64,000 nt of DNA, taken from NCBI RefSeq assembly GCF_006345805.1, contig NC_043000.1, positions 49,104,001 through 49,168,000 on the forward strand. Reading direction: 5' to 3'. Both the position numbers and the translations under genes were made by a program. Shown here one piece after another: positions 54,420 to 64,000 of the stretch. A model generated the notes under the pieces. That model saw nothing but the letters and a program-made list of their open reading frames with translations. It was not told the origin of the DNA and searched no databases. The stretch's first letter is position 1. Every line of letters begins with the position of its first letter. This DNA comes from Octopus sinensis. Its lineage: Eukaryota.

Positions 54420-55446
54420 AATTCTAGTTTATATTTTTGGATAAATGAGGCTGCTTTACTCAGTCTTACTTGTGTTAACGGCAAGAAGGCAAGTCGATAA
54501 AATTGAAAAAGTTCAAAATTGTGGTTGTATTATTTCTGCACATTCGACAATGTGCTGACTGAGGTATGTTTGGTGATATTGAGGGGAGGAAATTTGTTGT
54601 CTGTAGATCATACATCTCCTTCGGTTCGAAACTCTTGTTGAGACAATATAATTTCGATGGCAGCCCGAGCATCAGATTACGCAAATGAGGTTTTGGGGGG
54701 CGCAAGTGAAGTTAGATTTGTTCTTCAGTATTTGTCCTTGTCTGAAATGGAATTCCGATCCTTCTAAAAGATTGCGACAGGTTCCACAATTAGGGCGACC
54801 ACACTTCACGAATCTTGCGTCCGTTGTTCTAGAGAATAGTTTGGCATTGGGGAGAAATTTCCTCAATGTCGTAGGCTGTTTGCTGTTCGTAATAATTTTA
54901 TGGTTACGTAGAATCTCCTTAAGTTTGGGGTCCCTATGGAGTATTTGAAGATTTTAGACGATGCTATTTAATGCTTCTTTGTTTCTGGGGTTGTATATGG
55001 AGATATAAGGTAGTGCTTTGAGGGTGAATGTGCTGTTGTGTTTGGTTTTTCTTAATGTTTTAATATTAATCGATTTTGCACGTTTAATTCCTTCATTTAT
55101 GAGTTGAGTTGAGTTGCGTAGTGCCTGTCCTGGAGTACATTTTTAAGCTCTTGCAATCTTAGTTCTCTGGTATTTTTTCGGATACTATGGTGCAAATTCT
55201 TGTTGCAAGGTTGAAGGGGACATTTGTTTTGATATGTCTCGGATGACATGAGATAAATAGCAGATATTGTAAAAAATGTCACTTTCTATTTATTGTTTAT
55301 TGTTCAGTATGGGAGTTCATTGTGGTTGTGTCCCACTATGAATTGTAAGTTGGTGTGAATGTTATTGAGAAGTCTCTTGAACTCCAGGATCTTATCTACG
55401 CTTTCATTCCAGAGGATGAAGCAGTCGTCCAAAAATATTTTCCAAT
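54420..55446 (-). mobile_element. Penelope-like element remnant: RT C-terminal half plus GIY-YIG endonuclease
   Basis: WKIFLDDCFILW catalytic motif at the truncation; RLQELKNVLQDRHY; KCGRPNCGTC..FTCAPQNLICVI*CSGCHRNYI..QH..EC; ends FIQKYKLELN. Many disruptions. Confidence 0.8.
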
Positions 55447-56416
55447 TAGATTGGCAATTGTTGGGGCTGCACTGGTTCCCATTGCAATTCCAGGTATTTG
55501 ACGATTGTTGGCAAACGTGAAATAGTTGTTTTGGAGGGTGAATTTAATTGATATTGGCAATATGAGGGCGGGCGTTTAGATATTTCCTCTTGAATAGCCG
55601 TGTTGAGTCGTTCCATCTGTTGAACCGTTTGTTCCGCGTTGACCGTTTGGTTCCGTTCAAGCAATTCGTAATGGATAATCCCTACCCAATATACGCACAA
55701 CACCGTTTACGCGGATGAAGATCTTGTTTCACGCGCGGTGTCGCTTGTTTCAGCGAGGCTATGCTATTCCTTACGCTGCTTCATTCCTTACGTTGCTTGT
55801 GTCCATGAGTTGAACGGTGACGAGCAAGCAAACCAGCGGAGACGGTCGCTTGTTGATTTTTGTTATTGTCACTGAAAGCATGCGGAACCCATGCTCCATA
55901 ATTCTGAACTTTTCCAATCGAGTGAAGATGCTTCCCTAGAGCGGTGTGGGAGCATTCCATTTTCTCTGCCAGTTCCTCTGTCGTTTGACGAAAATGTTCG
56001 TGCAAAAGTTGGTTTAATCGCTCTTCATCGAACTGAACTAGACGGCCAGAATGAAGTGCGCCTTTGCGGGCGAATTTTCCATTTTTGAACATCGCATACC
56101 AATCACGAGTGGTTCTTTCAGCTATAGCACCCTCTCCATGCACAGCACAAATTTCGCGAGCAGCTATTGCGGCCTTAGAACCTTCATTAAAAGCAAAACG
56201 AAAGAGGGATCGAAGACGCTTGTTTTTCTTAACTTGACGTTCCATTTTAATGATCTGAAAATAAACAAAAATTTACTAAAATTAACTGGAAGAAAAATAA
56301 AACAGATTCCAAAATGATTCAAAAATAGAATTCTCAAAGAAAATACATTCCAAAATTTAAAAACGCAATAAATTCCAAAATTTAAAAAAACCGCGGGAAA
56401 TTAGTTGGCAATCCAA
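55447..56416 (-). mobile_element. Mariner remnant (mellifera-like TIR), internally deleted, 3' end lost
   Basis: TA|TTGGATTGCCAACTAATTTCCCGCGG TIR; GAWVPHAF (WVPHEL); MLCVYWVGIIHYELLERNQTVNAE. Confidence 0.85.
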
Positions 56417-56509
56417 TATATGTATATAAATGAAAATCTATATATTCATATAGATAGGCATATACGTATATATACATACATATAGATATATATATAACTA
56501 TATATATTG

Positions 56510-56547
<38 letters not shown>

Positions 56548-56612
56548 CTATATATATATGTATATATACATATATAAATACATATATACATATTTAAATA
56601 CATACATACATG

Positions 56613-56657
<45 letters not shown>

Positions 56658-56684
56658 TGCGTATATACATATATGTATATATCG

Positions 56685-56959
56685 ACAAACCACTTGTATA
56701 ACAACGAAAAGGTCGACCTCACTATCATGAAATAGATGACTAAATTTATCAAATGATCTAAGCATAGAACACTTATGTCATAGTCCTCGACAGCAATTTA
56801 TTCATTGTCACTTTTGTTGCTCTGTATATATACACACACACAATATATATATATATATAAAATATATTTATATATAGGAGTGGTAGATGGAAACTGAAAG
56901 AAGCCCGTCGTATATATGTATATATATACGTATATTCATATATGTATGCATAAGTATAG

Positions 56960-56996
<37 letters not shown>

Positions 56997-57299
56997 TATA
57001 TATATATATATATGTATATAAATATATATAGTTATGTATATATATATATACTATATATATATACATGTGTGTGTGTGTATCTATATATATATACACGTAT
57101 ATATACGTATATATATATGTATATATATGTAGATGTATATATACTGAATAACAAAAACGAGAATGGAATAAATTGCTGTCGAGAAACTCCGCATTCTGAA
57201 CATAAGTGCGCTATGCTTAGGTTTTAATGAATTAGTCATCTGTTTCCAATGTTATTGAGGTCGAAAATTTTCGTTCTCATACATGTGTTTTGTTGATAT

Positions 57300-57359
<60 letters not shown>

Positions 57360-57418
57360 AACCACTTGGATACAAAATTCGACCTCAATATCATTGGAAA
57401 TAGATGACTAAATTTATT
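56685..57418. repeat. Local about 140-bp repeat family in alternating orientation (also 53765..53860 and 58816..58896)
   Basis: Shared blocks GAATGGAATAAATTGCTGTC, TGCTTAG, TTAGTCATCT, GAGGTCGA. Confidence 0.75.
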
Positions 57419-57613
57419 ACATACACACACACACACAATAATATATACATATATTTATATATTTATATATACGTATGTATACGTATATATATGTATATAT
57501 ACATATATATATATGTATTTATATATGAATATATATATGTATATGTATATATTCATATATATGTATATATACATATATATGTTTATATATATCTGTATGT
57601 ATATATATATGTG

Positions 57614-57644
<31 letters not shown>

Positions 57645-57689
57645 TTACATTAATGACATTAATGACATCATCAAGCACAGCAACATAAA

Positions 57690-58663
57690 AATCTTTGAGA
57701 TGACTCCAAGCTACAGAAGGTCATAAATGAGGCGATGACCGGACATGCCTTCAGTCAGATCTACTGGCTGTTATCCAATGGGCAGAAAAAACAATATGAT
57801 GCTGCTGAACGAGGATAAATTTGAGCTAATCCACTTTGGAAAAGAGGATGCCCTGAAACTCCCATACTCCCTTCCTTCAGGTGAAACTCTCGCGGCGTCC
57901 AACAACATCAGAGACTTGGGAGTAATTGTGGACAAACACGTAAGCTGGCCACTCATATAAACCAAAGTTGACATGGCCCGCAGAATGTGTTCCTGGATTC
58001 TCAGAACTTTCCAGTCGAGAGATATCCACACATTATCCTTCTCTTCTCCACTTTTGCCCGACCCCACCTTGAATACTGTTGTCCACTGTGGTCTCCCCCA
58101 CAATACAAGGTATCAAAAAAGTCGAAGCACCTCAAAGGGCAATCAAAAAAGATAGATGGCATGACAGGCCTCGACTATTGGGGTCGACTAGAAAAGCTAA
58201 AACTTATTCTCTCCAACGTCGTCGTGAGCGCTACATCATCTGCATGATGTGGAAAATATTCCATCAGCATTGCCCAAATGATGTTGGCATCACCTTTAAG
58301 GTACATCCAAGGCTTGGGCCCCGTGCCATCCGCCCAAAACAAAAATCGCACTCTCATCTCATAACAACAATACGGCACAATTATTTCACCTCAATTGGCC
58401 CCGCTCTCTTTAACATTACACCAAAACACAATTAAAACAGAAACTGACCCTATAGGGTTCAAGAAGTCTTTGGACAGATTCCTTCAAGAAATCCCGGATA
58501 AACCCCTACACCCCGGATATGTCTCTGTAAACAATAACTCTCTACTTGAGTGGGCCATAGTGCCCAAATTCTGACTTGAAAGACTTCACCAGGTGGTGCT
58601 ATTAGTTAGACATGGCCTGGGCCAATAATGGCCGAAACCTATCAAAGTATCAAAGTATCAAAG
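57690..58663 (+). mobile_element. Second CR1-clade LINE family, 5'-truncated RT C-terminus, frameshifted, (TATCAAAG)3 tail
   Basis: QWAEKNNMMLLNEDKFELIH, RDLGVIVD, ARRMCSWILRTF, PHLEYCCPLWSP, DYWGRLEKLK.YSLQRRRERY. Confidence 0.88.
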
Positions 58664-58715
<52 letters not shown>

Positions 58716-58750
58716 CGTATACATACTTATATATAATATATTCATTTAAC

Positions 58751-58800
58751 GGTGGTGCATCAGCATGGCCGCAGCTCTGAGCTGAAACTAGAGAAAAAAA
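58751..58800 (+). mobile_element. About 45-bp extreme 3' tail of the first CR1 family
   Basis: GGTGGTGCATCAGCATGGCCGCAGCTCTGAGCTGAAACTAGA versus 18214..18256. Confidence 0.7.
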
Positions 58801-59737
58801 TGTTTATACACATACATGAACTAAGCATAGAACACTTATTTTTTTTAGAATTCAGAGTTCCTTGACAGCAATTTGTTCCATTCTCGCTTCTGTTGCTAAG
58901 TTGATGTAAACATGTTTGGCTCAAGAAGAAAAAATATTTGTTTCCTTAGCCTGTAAAGGTCCGCTTCACCTTTCATCTTTTCGGTGTTGTTAAAGCAAGC
59001 ATCACATGAACACTGGGATCGTTGTTATCTATTATTCCCTCCTCATAAACTCCCGATCTTGTGCTTAAACTATAGGCCATTCGAAGGCTGCAGCTTAGCA
59101 GAAACGATAGGGCGCAGACAAAACACTTTGCGACATTTCTTCCAATATTTTTCCATTCGAGTCAAATATCGCCATCATTTACGTTGCCTTTTTTCCTCCG
59201 AAGCCGATAAAATAAGTACAATTTAAACATTGAGATAGATGGCATCAATTAATATACGCTCCCTTCAAAGTTGTTAGCCATGTGCCTAAATTAGAAACAA
59301 TTAATGATGATGAAATAATGTTTTTATAAACGATTTCGTATTCGCTTTAGATTAAGCAAACTTACATTGATATACATTAGTATGAAAGTCGAAAAATATT
59401 TTCCCAGCTTGCAGGAGCCACGCACGTTCACTGAGCCTTCTACTTCTACCAAATTCATTAATTTTCTTTGAAGAAATAAATACCTTAGAATTCTTTTATC
59501 CAGCAGATACAATTATGTTTTTCTCGTAGACACAGTAGTTGGAGTTACGCCAGCTGTTTAAAGTACAAATAGAAATATGATTTTCCTGCCTTTCCAAATT
59601 TTCTTATTTCAGGAAAATAATTTTTTCGCATTACTTATATGTATGTTTTCATTCTTTTTACTGTCTTTCTAATGAGGTAGTTTATCTCTTCATAGTTAAA
59701 CTCTCCTTCTCTAAATTGTATTTTCTTTGATTTTCAG

Positions 59738-59796
59738 GATATATTAACATTTTGTGATTTCGGAATATATGTGGATATATTTTATCTTAATATAAG
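59738..59796 (+). other. Candidate 59-nt exon of an unknown transcript
   Basis: TTGTATTTTCTTTGATTTTCAG acceptor and AAG|GTAAGT donor; one open frame (DILTFCDFGIYVDIFYLNI). Confidence 0.35.
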
Positions 59797-60459
59797 GTAA
59801 GTCATTTTATTTACTAATTTATTTTCGTAATTAGAATTAAGAGATCATTATTTTGAGGGATTTTTCCGCCTATTTTCCGTACGATTTCCTTTTATTAAGC
59901 ATCACAGATTCCGTTTGATTAAGCAAAACAGATTGCGTTTCAATTTGTTCCTTTTTCTCCCGGCTTACGATGGACAATTTGAAATGGCTTTTCACAAATC
60001 TGGTTGCTGTTAATCGCCAGTCTATTAGACTTCTTTGTGTTCCTATTATTGATATGTATTGTGACCTACAATATTAAGGATAAAATATAAGCGAACAAAG
60101 TATCAGATTAAGTAAAGTGGGAAAATTCGAAATCAAGTGCAAACAGATTTTAAGTGAAGACTAGTAAATCTCAGAAATAGCTAGTGTAATTGATCTAGTT
60201 TTGGTTTTCTGGCGACTTTCTTTAATCCGCCAGACACAGAGAAATTCCTTTGTAACAAAACTTCTTTTATCTTAACGTCTCCTTCAATTCTACAGATCAC
60301 CTTTAATGACATTAGAACAAAATTGGTATCTTTCTTTCTTTGTCATTCTTCCTTTCGTTTCCTTTCTTCTCTCTTTTCTCCGCTTTTCGTCTTTCTCACA
60401 CTTTTCACCTTTGCTCTTTTTACACTTTTCTCTCTCTCTTTTTCTCGCCATATCTCCCA

Positions 60460-60495
<36 letters not shown>

Positions 60496-60753
60496 GTCTC
60501 TCTCTCTCTCTTTCTCTCTCTCTCTATTATCTGTCTCTCTCTAACACGCCCGCTAACTTAGGATGAACATTTAGACACTCATTTAAAGTGATCCTCCACT
60601 TATGCACAAAATGCTTTGATTTTATCTAAGAAAAGTATAAGCTCTCATTTATGTTAAGTCCATTTCAGTGTGGAAGTGGCAAAGGTAATAATACTATTGG
60701 CGAGGTATTTCTTTTTGTTGCCTTAATTGAGCAAACATATGGACCTCGACATC

Positions 60754-60784
<31 letters not shown>

Positions 60785-60897
60785 CGTGCGTGTGTGTATT
60801 TATGCTGTGTTGTGTTTGACCCCCACACCACTGCTTGGCAACTGGTGTCGGTTTATTTCGGCAAAAAGAGACCGATTGTAATTAGACAGACATGTAT

Positions 60898-60898
<1 letters not shown>

Positions 60899-60950
<52 letters not shown>

Positions 60951-60959
60951 AGATAGATA
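60899..60959. repeat. (GATA)n, left flank of the Tx1 element
   Basis: Directly visible. Confidence 0.97.
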
Positions 60960-62420
<1,461 letters not shown>

Positions 62421-62590
62421 TTGTGTCCTTGACCAACACACTTTATTTCACGTTGCTCTAGCTCACTCATCTGGTGAAAATGAGTGTTACCTGTATTTCA
62501 AAGGGCCAGGCTCGTCACATTCTGTGTCAGGCTGAATCTTCCAGAGAACTACGTTAAAGATCCGCCTGTCTGTGCTCAACTATAGACAGA
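62421..62590 (+). mobile_element. Headless family A SINE fragment
   Basis: TTGTGTCCTTGACCAACACACTTTATTTCACGTTGCTC...GAGAACTACGTTAA. Confidence 0.75.
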
Positions 62591-62696
62591 TACAATGCTA
62601 TACGGAATATTTTATTTCAAAATAAGAAATCTGTGTTTATCTACGCGCGCACACACACACAGACATACACGCGCGTGTGTGTGTGTATTTGTGTGT

Positions 62697-62910
62697 ACAT
62701 GACTAAGTGGTTAGAGTATTGGATTCATGATTGTAAGATTGTAGTTTCGATTCCTGGGCCGGACGATACATTATGTTCTTGAGCAAAACATTTCTATTTC
62801 ACATTGCTCCAGTTCAATCAGATAGCAAAAATGAGTAATCCTGCAACGGATCGGCGTCCTGTCCAGTACAGAATATAGATATCGCAACAGAATCCGGAAA
62901 ACGGGCCTTA
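62697..62910 (+). mobile_element. tRNA-derived SINE
   Basis: GACTAAGTGGTTAGAG, GTTTCGATTCC, TTCTTGAGCAAAAC. Confidence 0.75.
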
Positions 62911-63077
62911 ATCCTTTTTGTCTGTGTGTGTATCCTTCCTGTCTAAAGATAATAGAATGAGAGTTTAATGAGACGGAGTTCTGATTTCTAAACGATCGAG
63001 CAACCTCCTAAATATTGGCTTGTTGGTTCATGCTCATGCTTATTTTCTTGTTAGTATTCGCATTGTTGGTGATTGTG

Positions 63078-63370
63078 AAGGCGCATGGCTTAGTAGTGTG
63101 GGATTTGGCTTATGATCGTAAGGTCGTGAGTTCAATTCCCGGCGGCACGTTGTGTCTTTGAGCAAAACAATTTATTTCAAGTTGTTCCAGTTCACCCAGC
63201 TGATGAAAATGAGTAATACTTGTCACGCTGAATCGCCCTGAGAACTACGTTGTGTGTCTGTGTGTCTGTGTGTCATTGGAGTGCTCGACCACTGGCGCGT
63301 TAATTTCACGGGCAGCCTGTTCTTTGATCGGATCGACCGGAACCCTTGTCATCGTAACCGACAAAGTGCC
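63078..63370 (+). mobile_element. tRNA-derived SINE, family A
   Basis: GAAGGCGCATGGCTTAGTAG..GAGTTCAATTCC..GAACCCTTGTCATCGTAACCGAC. Confidence 0.85.
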
Positions 63371-64000
63371 AGTGTTTTTTTTATGTTTGTTTGTTTTTTT
63401 GGTTTTTTTTATGTTTGTTTGTTTTTTGTTTTTTGTTTTTGGTTGGTGATGCTGGTAGCGCAAAAAACTTAAACCAAGCAACCATTTTTATATAACTACT
63501 AACTGTATTTATGAAAATGTCATTAGTCCACTATATTATTTCCTTATCAGTTTTATACTGTTTTTTTTTAGCTCAGCAAAAATGCTTTATATTTTAAATA
63601 TATTCGAAATATATAATTATTTTTTTATTTAAAAAGAAACATTATCTGTGATGTTCTTCTTTTATGTAATATTTTAACAACGTTCGGGAATTAACTTCTT
63701 AGATAATGGAATACAATTTATTTGATATTATTTTAATTCACTTTCATTAACTTGAAATTTCCGATATCGATACTGTTATATTGTATGTAAAACTTCCTAA
63801 ATGTCTTTACACAAAGCGCTGCAGCTAATATAATTTTTTAGGAGAGTTATTATATTAGCTATCATACAAATGCAAATATGTGGATGGATTTGGTGTGATG
63901 CTGAAATGAAAGTTGTCTACTTTACTGTCCTTATCTATAAAATACTTCCTTCATGCTTTGTTCTTTTTCATTTTTATTTTAATTCCCGTTCACTCGTTGG

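Noticed and set aside
60155-60215. GAAGACTAGT with weak hairpin resembling miR-7
   Set aside because: Seed offset, 3' half mismatched and pairing too poor.

Overview
AT-rich, microsatellite-dense eukaryotic DNA, most likely from an octopus or other coleoid cephalopod, judged from resemblance to octopus OK/OR-type tRNA-derived SINEs (recalled, not searched). I can support no intact host gene. Most ORFs in the track are translations of (TA)n, (TG)n, (GATA)n, (TAA)n or (CAT)n repeats. Recognisable coding remnants are all transposon-derived: a near full-length frameshifted CR1-clade LINE (14.4-18.3 kb, +), a second CR1 fragment (57.7-58.7 kb, +), a 5'-truncated Tx1/L1-clade LINE between two (GATA)n arrays (61.0-62.3 kb, -), three R4/Dong fragments beside (TAA)n, a Penelope-like RT plus GIY-YIG remnant (54.4-55.4 kb, -) and four Tc1/mariner remnants. 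About 15 SINE copies are present. Best leads: (1) a possible (GATA)n-targeting Tx1 element; (2) short (TA)n-associated repeats carrying minimal hammerhead-ribozyme-like motifs, one with a canonical core; (3) a nested perfect palindrome folded back at a SINE (TA)n tail; (4) a (TAA)n array hosting four inserts; (5) a covarying 3' stem-loop linking OK SINEs to the CR1 LINE; (6) local template-switch rearrangements and a 751-bp duplication containing a candidate 30-nt microexon. All family assignments come from motif recognition by eye. Boundaries of degenerate repeats are approximate.
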